In this document: positions 38,949 through 49,244 of the stretch, piece after piece
Layout of the letters: the number at the start of each line of letters is the position of its first letter
How positions within the stretch are numbered: the first letter of the stretch is position 1
NCBI GenBank assembly: GCA_965204505.1
Contig: CBDBFB010000004.1
Span: forward strand, 107,449-171,448
Reading direction: 5' to 3'
From: an uncultured Candidatus Binatia bacterium
Lineage (GTDB): Bacteria > Desulfobacterota > Binatia > UBA9968 > JAJDTQ01
DNA: 64,000 nt
The notes under the pieces: model-generated
Seen by the model: only the letters and a program-made list of their open reading frames with translations
Databases searched by the model: none
Told to the model about the DNA's origin: nothing
Program-made: the position numbers and the translations under genes

Positions 38949-40116
38949 TCAGGCCGCCGTGGTAGCCGGGGCTTCGTCCCCGCCGTCCACCTGGTATCCC
39001 TTGAGGATGTCGGCTGCGATGCTGTCGGATATACGGACGGCGGACTCGCGCACCGACTCCCGGGCAAGGTGGGCGTACCGCGCGGTGGTCTCCACCTTCG
39101 AGTGACCGAGGAGCTTCCCGATCATGGTCAGCCCCTCGCCGAGCGCCAACGCCCGCGACGCGAACGAGTGGCGGCAGTCATGAAGCCGCACGTCCTCGAG
39201 CTTTGCGCTCCTGCGGACCCGGTCCCAGGGGTCGTTCAGGTTCCGCAGGTGCGTGCCCGGCTTCTTCCCCGGAATCACGTGCGGGTTCCCCTCCACCCGC
39301 GGGATGCCGGCGAGCACCCGGGCCGCTTCCGGCGAAAGCGGCGCCACCCGCGCGCCGGTCTTGGAGTCCTCGAGCTTGAGCTCGCGCGCATCGAGGTCCA
39401 CGTCCCGCCAGCGGAGCGTCAGCACCTCGTTCCGCCGCAACCCCGTGAGCAACAGCAGCCGGATCGCCGCCACCGCGTGGACCGACAATCCCTTCCCGGC
39501 CTCTGCCTCCGCCAGCGCCCGCCCCAGGCGCCGGAACTCCTCCTCGCCAAGAAAACGCTCGCGCCCGCGCTCGCGGTTCTTCACCAACAGCCGGCACGGG
39601 TTGCTCGCCTCCGGCAGCTCCCCCCGGTCCTCCGCCGAGTTCCAGATGCGCGACAGCGCCTCCACCGTCCGGTTCGCCATCGACGGCGTCCCGCGCATCG
39701 AGTGGTGCAGTTCGCTCACCCGCCCGTGATCCACCGCCAGAGCCGGAACCCTGCCGAGCGCGGGCAGCAGGTGCTTGCGGACGATCAGCGTGTACATCTC
39801 CACGGTCCTGGGCTTGCACCGCACCCCGACATGCTCCTCAAGCCACCGGCGCGCAATCTCCCCCACCGTGGGGCCCTCGGCCAGGGCCGCCGCCGGCTCC
39901 GCCAGTGGCTCCTCCCCCGCCTTGATCCGCGCGATGATCAGTGCCGCCCGCCTGCGCGCTTCCTCCGCCGTCACGATCCCGTGCCGGCCCACCGTCACCC
40001 GCTTCGCCGCCTTGCCGTTCGCGCGGGTCTGCACCACGTAGTACTTGCTCCCCGACGGATAGGCGCGGACCCCGAACCCCAGAAGATCACGATCCTAGAA
40101 GACGGCGTCCTTGCCG
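38949..40116 (-). CDS. tyrosine integrase with an in-frame TAG at codon 27 of the arm-binding domain (possible pseudogene)
   Basis: MSAKSDQKLTKRTIGALAATGKDAVF-TAG-DRDLLGFGVRAYPSGSKYYVVQ..., where W (TGG) is expected. The catalytic domain is intact (...HDCRHSFAS...LGHSKVETTARY). Confidence 0.7.
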
Positions 40117-40315
40117 GTTGCCGCCAAGGCGCCGATAGTTCGTTTGGTGAGTTTCTGATCGCTCTTCGCCGACATCGCGGGACTCCGTTTTTTCCGCTAC
40201 CAGGCTGGCATTCGTCCCGGTCATGCGGCGATCTCGCGATCGGGGCAGCGGCGTTTACACGTTTTCCCATGCCAGGCACTGACGGGCTCGGTGTTTCCTT
40301 CAGCGCCACCTGGAG

Positions 40316-41092
40316 GTGTCACTGCTGGACGAGGCGCCGCCGGGCCGGACGCCAGTGCGCACGGTGGTGGTGCAGGAGAGGCAACGGCAAGAGGTCTACG
40401 AGCGGGTCCGCGCCACGGTAACGGATATACGCCAAGCCTACCTCGTGTATCCACTGGTGGAGGAGTCCGAGAAAATGCCGATGGCGGCGGCCGAGACCAT
40501 GGCGCGGGAACTGTCCCGGAGCGCCATGCAGGGACTTCGCCTGGGCTTGGTCCATGGTCAGATGCCCGCTGCCGAGCGAGACCAGGTGATGCGGTGCTTC
40601 CGGCAGGGCGAGGTCCAGGTGCTGGTGGCCACCACCGTCATCGAGGTCGGCATCGACGTCCCAGGTGCCACCCTCATGGTCGTTGAGGACGCCGAGCGTT
40701 TCGGGCTTGCACAGTTGCGCCAGCTCCGGGGCAGGGTAGGGCGGGCCAGCGACGAATCCCACTGCGTCCTGATCCACTACGGCACCCGGGACGGCGACTC
40801 CCGCTGCCGGCTGGAGTCACTGGAGCGGTCGGCCGACGGGTTCGAGGTGGCCGAGGCCGACCTGCGGTTCCGCGGCGCGGGAGAGATCCTCGGCCCCCGC
40901 CAAGCCGGCTTCCAGGGATTCCGTGTCGCGCACCTCGTGCACGACCACGAGGTCCTTCAGGCGGCGCGCCGCGAGGCCCGTGACTGGCTCTCACATGATC
41001 GGCGACTCCGGACCGAGACGTCCCGGCGAATCCGGGAAGTGCGGTGGCAGCGCTGGGACGACGGCCTGCAGTTGGGGGCGTGGGCCGACTGA
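40316..41092 (+). pseudogene. recG: recG 3' fragment (helicase motifs IV-VI and C-terminal domain), 5'-truncated at the element junction
   Basis: ...SLLDEAPPGRTPVRT...LVATTVIEVGIDVP...AQLRQLRGRVGR... with an upstream in-frame TGA at 40280. Motifs I-III are absent. Confidence 0.7.
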
Positions 41093-41102
41093 GCGGGATA
41101 GT

Positions 41103-43046
41103 TCAAATCCCTGTTCCTGCGCGGCCACCAAGGTGTGTGGCGAGGAAGGTTTCCAGACGCCGTGCGAACTCGACGCGGTTCTCCTCCCGACGTATGAGGT
41201 GCCCGTCGTCCGGGAACACCAGATATTCGACCGGGATGTCCTTCTCGCGAAGCTTCGCAACGAATCGGTCCGAGTGTTCCTTGGAAATCGTCCTGTCCTC
41301 GGTGCCGTGGACAATCAACAAAGGCCGTTCGACGCGGTGGGCATAGGTGATGGGGGATCGATCCGTGAGCTCCTCTTTCGCGCCAGTGGCGTCCAGAGCG
41401 TTGGCGAAGCGGTTCCACCAAGCCCCCAATCTCCCACCGCGGGAAAGGGTACTAGCCAGAGCAGCCATATCGGAAAAACCCGCCACGCTGACGCCGGCAG
41501 CGAACTTCCTTGGCGTCCTGGTCATCGCGACGAGTGTTGCGTAACCGCCGTAACTGTGGCCGAGAATGGCGATTTTCACGGGATCCGCATATCCCTCCGC
41601 GATGGCCCAATCCACCGCGTCGATCAAGTCATCTTGCATCTTCCCTCCCAACTCCCCGTACCCTTTCTCCATGAAGGATTTTCCGAAACCGCGCGATCCC
41701 CTGTAGTTGACCTCGAGCACGGCGTAGCCTCGGTTGGCCAGGAATTGGGTTTCCCGATCGAATCTCCAATCGTCCCGCATCCAGGGACCGCCGTGGACCT
41801 TGACGACCAACGGCAAGCGTTTGCCGTCGGCGCCCTTCGGAAGAGTCAGATAACCGCTGATTGAGAGCCCGTCCCGCGCATGGAAGCCGATGGGACGAGT
41901 GGGCGACAGAATATTCTCGTATCCCCTTAGCGGATGGCGGGCGAGGAGTTCCTTCGTTCCAGACCGTCGATCGACGAGGTAGGTGGATGGGCCGGACCGG
42001 TCCGTTTCCGTGCGGATCGCGAGGCGTGTCTGGTCCATACTGCCGTTCACGATGACATTGGCCATCGGTCCCGATCCCAATATCTTCTCCAGATCGTCCC
42101 GTAGCCTGCGGTCAAGGTAATGTTGGCGGGGGAGGGCATCGTGATATCGGATTACCACGGGTTTGTACGCCAGGATGTCCATAAAGTAGCCGGATATATC
42201 CACATTCGGCCTTTCGAAGAGCACTTCCTGTTCGCCCGTGTCCAGATCCAGCATCATGAGCACGGTTTTGTCCAGCCCCCCATTCGTCAGCATGTAGATT
42301 TTGGAACTCTCGTGGGGGATGTACTGGGCGATGTCGATGATGTCTGTGTATTCGCCGGTCAACAGCGGTGACCGGCCGGCCTCGACGCCCTTTCGGACAC
42401 TCCATGCCCCAGCGGTACCACGTTGGAGCAGGCCCAAGATGTCGCCTCTGTCGCTTACAATCCAACGTGAAGTGTCTCCGTGGTTGATTGCCCGCAACGT
42501 GTGCATACCAGTCCTCAGGTCGATTTCGTATAGGTCGTAGACCTCGCGGGTGCGTAGATTCGCCTCCACCAACACTGAATCGGGTTTGGCTGGCGGGAGC
42601 AGAATGGACCGGATGTTTACCCCTTCGAAGGGCAGGAGGTCGCGGGGCTGCTTCTGGGGGGAGTTCGTGTCGGACAAAAACGGGTGGATGTTTATTCGGG
42701 GCCTAACGATGGCGGACAATAGCAGGTGCCTGCTGTCGAGTGCCCACTGGAACGTGAGGATCCGCACGCGATGATTCATCGTGACCGTATGACCGTTTTC
42801 CAGCATCCGAACGCGGAGCGTGGGTCTGCCTTTAATGCGTTCTGTCCAGGCTAGCCTTGTTCCGTCGGGAGAAAGCCGGTGTCCCCGGCTCTCGTTGCCG
42901 CCGGCATAGAACTCGCTTGCGGGAATCAAAGGAGGCAAGTCCGCCTCGCGAAGAGACGGATGAGTAGCCGAGATTTCCCCTGCGTCACCCTTGGAAGAGG
43001 TTGTGATACACAGAGTCAGGAGCAAGACAGCCGCGAGTTGCTTCAT
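41103..43046 (-). CDS. secreted S9-family serine peptidase (prolyl oligopeptidase / DPP-like)
   Basis: Signal peptide MKQLAAVLLLTLCITTSS. Beta-propeller N-domain. GHSYGGYAT nucleophile elbow and a C-terminal hydrolase domain. Confidence 0.85.
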   Translation of the reverse strand: MKQLAAVLLLTLCITTSSKGDAGEISATHPSLREADLPPLIPASEFYAGGNESRGHRLSPDGTRLAWTERIKGRPTLRVRMLENGHTVTMNHRVRILTFQWALDSRHLLLSAIVRPRINIHPFLSDTNSPQKQPRDLLPFEGVNIRSILLPPAKPDSVLVEANLRTREVYDLYEIDLRTGMHTLRAINHGDTSRWIVSDRGDILGLLQRGTAGAWSVRKGVEAGRSPLLTGEYTDIIDIAQYIPHESSKIYMLTNGGLDKTVLMMLDLDTGEQEVLFERPNVDISGYFMDILAYKPVVIRYHDALPRQHYLDRRLRDDLEKILGSGPMANVIVNGSMDQTRLAIRTETDRSGPSTYLVDRRSGTKELLARHPLRGYENILSPTRPIGFHARDGLSISGYLTLPKGADGKRLPLVVKVHGGPWMRDDWRFDRETQFLANRGYAVLEVNYRGSRGFGKSFMEKGYGELGGKMQDDLIDAVDWAIAEGYADPVKIAILGHSYGGYATLVAMTRTPRKFAAGVSVAGFSDMAALASTLSRGGRLGAWWNRFANALDATGAKEELTDRSPITYAHRVERPLLIVHGTEDRTISKEHSDRFVAKLREKDIPVEYLVFPDDGHLIRREENRVEFARRLETFLATHLGGRAGTGI

Positions 43047-43053
43047 GGTCGAC

Positions 43054-43830
43054 CTACACTTTTGGCTTGGTCGGGGTCGCATTGCGTGTTCCGCTGAGAA
43101 AAATCGTACTTCCGAATACGCCCCCGGCGAGATCGCTGAGCAGGAAAGTCGCGGTCGCGGCCACGTTGCGCGTGGGAAGAGTCTGGTCGGCGCGCGACTG
43201 CGTGGAGCTCCCTAGAGCCTCCTGGTTTCCGGAAGTAGCGTGGGATCCGGTGTTCCTTGAAATCGGGGCCGGCCGCAGGATGTTCGCGGTAACGTTGTCC
43301 TTGGCAACGTTCACTGCGATGGACTCTAACCATGCGGACAGCGCGGCAGTCGTGACGGAGTGAAGTTCTCGTTCTAAACGGGTTCCAGCGGCAGGCCACG
43401 GGATCAGCCAGAGAATTCGGCCCCATTGCCGGTCCCGCATGCCGGGCTGAAGCGTTTCGGTCACCACCTTGAAGCGAAGGAACCCCCTGTCGAGTAGGGT
43501 TTGCCAACCCCCCGGCGGCAATACGTTCCTGTCCTCCAATACCGGACGCCGAGAGACCCCGAACAATATGTCGATTGCTCCGAAATCGTCGACGATGCGC
43601 TTGATGAGGACGTTGGTCGATTGCGCGTCCCAGGCGTCGATCCTGTAGCCCTTGGCCCTCACGCCGCTGTTCTCCGCCGCCTCTGAAGCAACCTTCTGCG
43701 CCGCCCACTTCTTGCGGGCGCAGACCGCTACCTCCGTCCCCTCGGCCGCCAGTGCCCCTGCCACGGCGCGGCCAATGCCCCTGGAGCCCCCGAATACCAG
43801 CGCCCGCCTGCCCTTGATGCCGAGATCCAT
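43054..43830 (-). CDS. SDR-family oxidoreductase
   Basis: TGGSRGIG Rossmann motif. Confidence 0.8.
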   Translation of the reverse strand: MDLGIKGRRALVFGGSRGIGRAVAGALAAEGTEVAVCARKKWAAQKVASEAAENSGVRAKGYRIDAWDAQSTNVLIKRIVDDFGAIDILFGVSRRPVLEDRNVLPPGGWQTLLDRGFLRFKVVTETLQPGMRDRQWGRILWLIPWPAAGTRLERELHSVTTAALSAWLESIAVNVAKDNVTANILRPAPISRNTGSHATSGNQEALGSSTQSRADQTLPTRNVAATATFLLSDLAGGVFGSTIFLSGTRNATPTKPKV

Positions 43831-43878
43831 GACAACTTGAGAGTTTAGCTTCGGGCTTGAGAAGCGTCCAAAGCTTGA

Positions 43879-44853
43879 CTACGCGTTCCGTTCGTCACGC
43901 TGCACCATGGCCCTCAGGCTGATGGGGTGTTCCGGGTTCAACTCCCTGAAGCCGGACATGGAAAGCCACACCCTCAAGAGGTGGCGACCCGGTCCATTGC
44001 CGTCCGCGGAGAACTGTGTCCGGGTATGCAAGACCACGTGGTTGTTGAAGTACTCGATGTCGCCCGGTTTGAGGTCTACTCTTAGGGAAACACGGTCGGC
44101 CACATCGTTGAATGCCGCCAGCGCATTGTTCTGAGCCGGAGTCAGCTCCGGAACTCCGGGAAGGCCACGGGCCCGCTTGATGTGGACTCTGTAGGCGCAG
44201 GCATTGAAGAGACCGTTCGTGACGTTCAGGAAGGGCAGGCGGGTCCACTGGCCACCGTGGTCGGGATGCGTTCTGTGCAGCGCCATGTGGAAGGGTTGGG
44301 TGAGGACTCGCAACTGGTCGGGGCATTCCTCTCTCATGACATTGTAGACGGTGACGGCGCTGGCGAACTTGCGGGTTCCGCCCTCGGAGGCGGTATTAAC
44401 GCACAGGAAGCCGATGACGTCTTCGAGGTCGGCGTGGAAGGGGAGCTCTGCGGTGGCGCGAAAACCGTAGCGTCCTTTGCCCTTTCCCTGGGACTCAGCG
44501 CGCACATGGGCGAGCTTGACGCCTCCGGGCTGGTCCATGGGGGTGCCGAGTTGGCGGCTCAGGGCCATGAAGGCCGGCGCCACGCCTTCCTTGCCGAGTT
44601 CCTTGACGGGCAGGCCCCGCAGGATGCGGAAGCCTAAACCCGATTTGAGCTCGCGCACGGTCTTCTCGATCTCGGGCGTGAGAACGGGCAGAGGAGGCGT
44701 CTCCCGTGGTTCTTCGGTCCCTCTGGTTTCCCTCACCACAGCCAGCAACTCCGCCAACTCCCGTCCGGTGAAAGTGTGGCGCCAGGCTTCGGTACCGGCG
44801 AGGTCGTCGGGCTTCCATGCCGCGGGGTCCAGTGCTTTGGGCAGTTGTTCCAT
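43879..44853 (-). CDS. TauD/TfdA-family Fe(II)/2-oxoglutarate dioxygenase
   Basis: HADLED-type facial triad context (...LPFHADLEDVIGF...) and the overall TauD-like pattern. Confidence 0.7.
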   Translation of the reverse strand: MEQLPKALDPAAWKPDDLAGTEAWRHTFTGRELAELLAVVRETRGTEEPRETPPLPVLTPEIEKTVRELKSGLGFRILRGLPVKELGKEGVAPAFMALSRQLGTPMDQPGGVKLAHVRAESQGKGKGRYGFRATAELPFHADLEDVIGFLCVNTASEGGTRKFASAVTVYNVMREECPDQLRVLTQPFHMALHRTHPDHGGQWTRLPFLNVTNGLFNACAYRVHIKRARGLPGVPELTPAQNNALAAFNDVADRVSLRVDLKPGDIEYFNNHVVLHTRTQFSADGNGPGRHLLRVWLSMSGFRELNPEHPISLRAMVQRDERNA

Positions 44854-44895
44854 AATACCGCTCCTGTAGGGACAGCCTCGATTGGTTCGGTCGTT

Positions 44896-46203
44896 TTACT
44901 TCTCCCGGAATGCATCCTGCCTATAACCTCGTAGCGGCTGCAACACGTACTCGATGAGGCGCTGCTTGCCGAGTATGACCGCAGCTTCGGCGGACATGCC
45001 GGGCAGGAGCTCGATCTTTCGGCCCTCGATTTCCATGTAGGTCTGGTCAAGATCGATGAGGGCCTTGAACATGGGGCCGGCCGCTACGCCGGGGGGCGGA
45101 GCCCCTGGACCGCCGGTCTGTGCGCCAGCGTTCACCGCGTCCCTGCCGATGTGGCTGACGGTGCCCTCAATGGCGCCATAGCGTCGGAAGTCGAAGGTGG
45201 CGACCTTGAGGGTGACCCTCTGGCCGGGCTTGATGAACCCGATGTCGGCGTTGGCAACAAGAGCCTCCACCCGAAGACCGGCATCCCTTGGCACGATGAC
45301 CATGAGGCGGGCGCCGGGCTCCACCATGCCGGCTTCGGTGTGGACGGCCAAGTCCTGAACCACCCCGTCCACCGGCGAAAGCAACGTGTGCCGGGTGCGG
45401 TGCTCCCGGGCCTGGCGGATGTCCTGGCGCAGGACGATCATCCTCTCCCGGACGGTGGCGAGGGTGGAGCGGCGCTCCCGGTAGAACTCCGAGACGGTTC
45501 CTTCCTGCTGGGCCTTGAGCGCGGCCAGGGAGGCCCTGGCCTGTACCAGCTCCTGCTTTCGGAGCGCCATGTTGCCTTCGAGCTCCACCAGTCGCTCCTG
45601 CTCGTCGAACAGGTCGAGCCTGGAGCTGTGGTTCTTGCGGTAGAGCTTCTCCTGCATGGCGGTGCGCTCGCGCAGGATGGGCAGGAGCTTCTCGTACTTG
45701 GCAATGCCCGCCCCCAGGGTGCGAAGCTGAGCCCGGCGTTCCCGGAGCAGGCCGTCCAGCTCATGGAGCCGTGCGCGGTGAGCAGCGATCTGGTCCTTCA
45801 GGAGCTTCCGGTTGATGGCCACCATCTCCTTCGGGGCTTCCCGAGGGGCTCGGAAAGGCTTGTCCCCTCGCCATCCCAGGAGGGCTTCGAGCCGGGCGGC
45901 CTCCACCGCCTTGATGCCCAGCTCCGAGGTGTGCTTGGCGATCTCGGCCTCCACCAGGGTGGTGTCGAACTCGATCAGCACCTGCCCCTTCCTGACCGCG
46001 CTCCCTTCCTCCACGGCAATACGCTTGATCTTCCCCTGCTCGAACGACCGGATGGTCTTCACCTGCCCCTTGGGGACGATGCGTCCCGGGGCCACCGCGG
46101 AGAGCTCCACCGCGGCCATGGAAGCCCACGTGAGGGTCGCCGCCAGGAAGACGCAAAGCGCCACCAGCAGCAGGATATCCGCACGACGCCTCGGTCTATC
46201 CAT
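44896..46203 (-). CDS. HlyD-family membrane fusion (type I secretion adaptor) protein
   Basis: N-terminal TM anchor, biotinyl-lipoyl-like KGQVLIEFD, a long coiled-coil, and C-terminal beta-barrel motifs. Confidence 0.85.
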   Translation of the reverse strand: MDRPRRRADILLLVALCVFLAATLTWASMAAVELSAVAPGRIVPKGQVKTIRSFEQGKIKRIAVEEGSAVRKGQVLIEFDTTLVEAEIAKHTSELGIKAVEAARLEALLGWRGDKPFRAPREAPKEMVAINRKLLKDQIAAHRARLHELDGLLRERRAQLRTLGAGIAKYEKLLPILRERTAMQEKLYRKNHSSRLDLFDEQERLVELEGNMALRKQELVQARASLAALKAQQEGTVSEFYRERRSTLATVRERMIVLRQDIRQAREHRTRHTLLSPVDGVVQDLAVHTEAGMVEPGARLMVIVPRDAGLRVEALVANADIGFIKPGQRVTLKVATFDFRRYGAIEGTVSHIGRDAVNAGAQTGGPGAPPPGVAAGPMFKALIDLDQTYMEIEGRKIELLPGMSAEAAVILGKQRLIEYVLQPLRGYRQDAFREK

Positions 46204-48517
46204 CCTGTGCCTTCAGAGGGGTCTGAGCGGCCGCCGCGCCCTCCGTCTCCTCGGGCAGGGCGATGAGGCTCTTGATGTTCTCGGTCTCCCGGTACACGAG
46301 CCGGGCAAAGTACCCGCTGCCCTGGACCAGCTCCGCGGGGGTGCCCTGCTCTACGATCCTGCCCTGGTCGAGACAGATGATGCGATCCGCGTTGCGCAGA
46401 GCGGAGAGGCGGTGGGCGATGACGATGACCGTGTGGTCCCGGCCCAGGGCGCGGATGTTCTCGTGGATCTGCGCCTCATACTCCTTGTCCACCGAGCTCG
46501 TGGCCTCGTCCAGGATCAGCACGCTCCGGAAGTGGAACAGCGCTCGGGCCAGGGCGATGCGCTGGCGCTCTCCCCCGGAGAGAAGCGCGCCCCGGGCGCC
46601 GATGCGGGTGGCGTACCCCTTGGCCGTCCGCGAGATGAACTCATGGGCGCAGGCCGCACGGGCCGCTCCGATCACTTGCGCTATGTGGCGTTTGCCGGGC
46701 TCCAGGGCGATGTTCTCCGCGATGCTCCGCCGGAAGATCGGATAGTCCTGCTCCGCATAGCCGATGTGGCTCCGGAGCCACGCCGGGTCGAGGATGACGG
46801 CATCCGCCCCGTCCAGCAGCACACGCCCCTCGGTGGCTAGATGGAGCCTCTGTATAAGCCGGGTGACGGTGCTCTTGCCCGAGCCCGAGGGACCCACGAT
46901 ACCCAGTGTCTCTCCGGGCTTCACCTCGAAGCTCACCCCGTCCAGGGCGTAGCGCTCATTGTCCGGATACTGGAACCGCACGTTGTCGAAACGGATGTTT
47001 CCCTTGAAGGCCGAGAGCTTCACCAGGTGGCCGCCCTCGCGCTCGGTGGCCTCGTTCAATACCGTTCCAACTTCCTTGATCAAGCCCCGGAGCCGGGAGA
47101 AGTCGTAGGTGAATATGCAGAGCCGCATCATGGGCTGGGAGAAGCGCATGTTCACCAGGTTGACGGCCACCAACTGGCCCAGCGTGAGCTGCCCGTCCAA
47201 CACCATGGACGCTCCGAACCACAGGAGACCGGCGTTGGCGAAACGGTTCACGAACTGGTTGTACTGGGTGGTGGACTCCCGAAGGGTCTGGGTGTCCTCC
47301 TCGGAGGATACGGCCGCGTCCACCCGCTCGGTGAGAAAAGCTTCCTGGGCCTGTTCCTCGTGCATCCCTTTCACGGTCTCGATGCCCCCTACGGTGTCGA
47401 GCACGGCCTCGTTGCTCTCCCGGCGGCTGCCCTTGGTCTGTTTGGTCCACTTGCGCAACGTGGGCAGGACCGCGAAAGCCGGGGCGATGTAGAAGGGCAG
47501 GGATGCCAGGAGGATCAGCGAGAGGGTGAGGCTGAAGTTCAGCATCAGGGCAAGGAACACCAGCACGAAGATCACGTCGACGAACACGAACACCACGGCG
47601 TTGGTGAGGAACCGGCGCAAGTGCTGCAACTCCTCGATCCTCGACAGGGTCTCCACCGGGGTGTTCCGGAGGTAGAAGGAGGCGGGCAGTTCCAGGGAGT
47701 GGCGGATGAGCCTGGAGAGAAGCGAGCGGTCCATGTCCCGAACCGCGTGACGAAGCGCCCTGTGCCGCGCGGCCCGCAGGACCGCCTCGAAGGCGAGGAA
47801 CAGGAGCAGGCTGACGATGATGACGTCGAGGGTGGCCGCGCCCCGGTTGGATATGACCTTGTCGATAATGATGAGGAAGGCGAACGGGTAGAGGTAGCCC
47901 AGGAGGTTCACGAAGAACGAGGTGGCGATGAGCGGGCCGAACACCGCCTTGTTGTCGAACATGTGCTCGGCAATTGAGCGGAGCGTGAAGGCCCGGTCTT
48001 CGGAGTCCGGCGTCTTGGCCTGCAGCGCGACCTCCTCGCCCCACTCCTCCATGAACACCGAGCGCCGGATCGTTCGCGTATTGCCGGTGCGGTGCTCGAC
48101 CAGGTAGACGTGGTCGTCGTCCGCGGCCGCCACGAGCCCGAAGCGGCCGTCCCGGCGTTGCACCAAGGCGAGTCCGGTCAGGTGGCGCCAATCCTCGGGC
48201 GCCATGGACTTGATCTCCAGAGACAGGCCGGCGTGTTCGGCGCAGCGCACGGCGGTCCGGAGGTCGAGGGAGGATTCCTGGCCGAGATCGGCCAGGATTA
48301 CGTCGCGGCTCGCGCGGAGGCTCTCTTCTCTGCAGAGGTACAGAAGGCAGGCTGCTGCCGATGCCGGCGGGTCGACGACCGCCTCCACTGGCGGTCCGGG
48401 TCCGCTGGAACCGCCTGACGGCTTTGCCGATGGACCTGCGTGACCGCCGCCGCGCTCACCGGTGGGTTCGTTCGTGGGCGTCATGGGTGCGCACCAGCAC
48501 GAGACCCTGCTCCTCAA
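46196..48517 (-). CDS. ABC transporter ATPase/permease with N-terminal C39-like peptidase domain (bacteriocin/RiPP exporter type)
   Basis: Cys-containing C39-like N-domain. Six TM helices. Walker A GPSGSGKST, signature LSGGERQR, Walker B ILILDEATS. An 8-nt overlap with hlyD suggests an operon. The true start is possibly at M 48484. Confidence 0.85.
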   Translation of the reverse strand: MRSRVSCWCAPMTPTNEPTGERGGGHAGPSAKPSGGSSGPGPPVEAVVDPPASAAACLLYLCREESLRASRDVILADLGQESSLDLRTAVRCAEHAGLSLEIKSMAPEDWRHLTGLALVQRRDGRFGLVAAADDDHVYLVEHRTGNTRTIRRSVFMEEWGEEVALQAKTPDSEDRAFTLRSIAEHMFDNKAVFGPLIATSFFVNLLGYLYPFAFLIIIDKVISNRGAATLDVIIVSLLLFLAFEAVLRAARHRALRHAVRDMDRSLLSRLIRHSLELPASFYLRNTPVETLSRIEELQHLRRFLTNAVVFVFVDVIFVLVFLALMLNFSLTLSLILLASLPFYIAPAFAVLPTLRKWTKQTKGSRRESNEAVLDTVGGIETVKGMHEEQAQEAFLTERVDAAVSSEEDTQTLRESTTQYNQFVNRFANAGLLWFGASMVLDGQLTLGQLVAVNLVNMRFSQPMMRLCIFTYDFSRLRGLIKEVGTVLNEATEREGGHLVKLSAFKGNIRFDNVRFQYPDNERYALDGVSFEVKPGETLGIVGPSGSGKSTVTRLIQRLHLATEGRVLLDGADAVILDPAWLRSHIGYAEQDYPIFRRSIAENIALEPGKRHIAQVIGAARAACAHEFISRTAKGYATRIGARGALLSGGERQRIALARALFHFRSVLILDEATSSVDKEYEAQIHENIRALGRDHTVIVIAHRLSALRNADRIICLDQGRIVEQGTPAELVQGSGYFARLVYRETENIKSLIALPEETEGAAAAQTPLKAQDG

Positions 48518-49244
48518 GGTGGTTGATCAAGGCCTTGTGCGCTGCTGCTGGAGTGTTCGGAACTATTTTCGGGTCGAGCCGGGTCCACTCAGCAGATCCT
48601 TCCATCAGCGTAAAAGCTTCCGGCGCCACCACCATCACTAGGGGACGGCGGCGTCGGCGCGCTGCCAGCACGGCAACATGCACCTGCCTCCGCTCCACCG
48701 CTTCTCCGCTCCGGGCGGGCTCGAACAGGGGCCGCACGTCGTGCGTGCAGCTTACCAGCAACGCGCACGGGTGGGCGCGGTACCATGAAGACCCAGGCTC
48801 TTCTGGACATCCGGCCTGCGCCTCGTCCTCCATCGCCGCGGGTCGCAGCGTCCGGGATCGGGCCAGCGCCAGCTCTACCGCGGCCACGTCTGCCGCCCAT
48901 GCCGGCATGGTCGGTCTGTGAGCCCAGTTCTCAAGGAAATACTCGAAGAAGCTCTTGGCGTCCGGATACCGCTGGTAGGTCTCGGGCGGGTGCGCCGACG
49001 CGTACTCACGTGTGATCGTCGAAAACCCTTGACCCAAGAGCCCGGCCGTCCGCTCGAAAGATTGGCGGAGTTTGCCCATCCGCTTCTTGTAGGAGAACTC
49101 CGCCTCTAGCCGAAGACGCCCGAGGTCCATGCCGGCAAGCTCCGGGTCCTGAGTTGCGGACTCCAACTCCTCGGTCCCGAAGATGAATGCTGCGCTCGTC
49201 ATGTGGCGCAGCAGCATCGTCTGCCTGTCAATGAGTCGTTGCAT
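48456..49244 (-). CDS. DUF2063-like partner protein (MbnC/TglI/HvfC-like) of the DUF692 enzyme
   Basis: 262 aa, immediately downstream of DUF692 with a 17-nt overlap. Size and position match the conserved DUF692-DUF2063 pairing. Confidence 0.55.
   Translation of the reverse strand: MQRLIDRQTMLLRHMTSAAFIFGTEELESATQDPELAGMDLGRLRLEAEFSYKKRMGKLRQSFERTAGLLGQGFSTITREYASAHPPETYQRYPDAKSFFEYFLENWAHRPTMPAWAADVAAVELALARSRTLRPAAMEDEAQAGCPEEPGSSWYRAHPCALLVSCTHDVRPLFEPARSGEAVERRQVHVAVLAARRRRRPLVMVVAPEAFTLMEGSAEWTRLDPKIVPNTPAAAHKALINHLEEQGLVLVRTHDAHERTHR

Noticed and set aside
38886-40421. 511-aa plus-strand ORF over integrase 2
   Set aside because: Antisense to a clear tyrosine integrase. Arg/Pro-rich shadow frame.
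45151-48191. Long ORFs antisense to hlyD and the ABC transporter (45151-46266 plus, 46841-47977 plus, 46956-48191 minus frame 2)
   Set aside because: No motifs. The genuine genes on the minus strand have canonical Walker and signature motifs.
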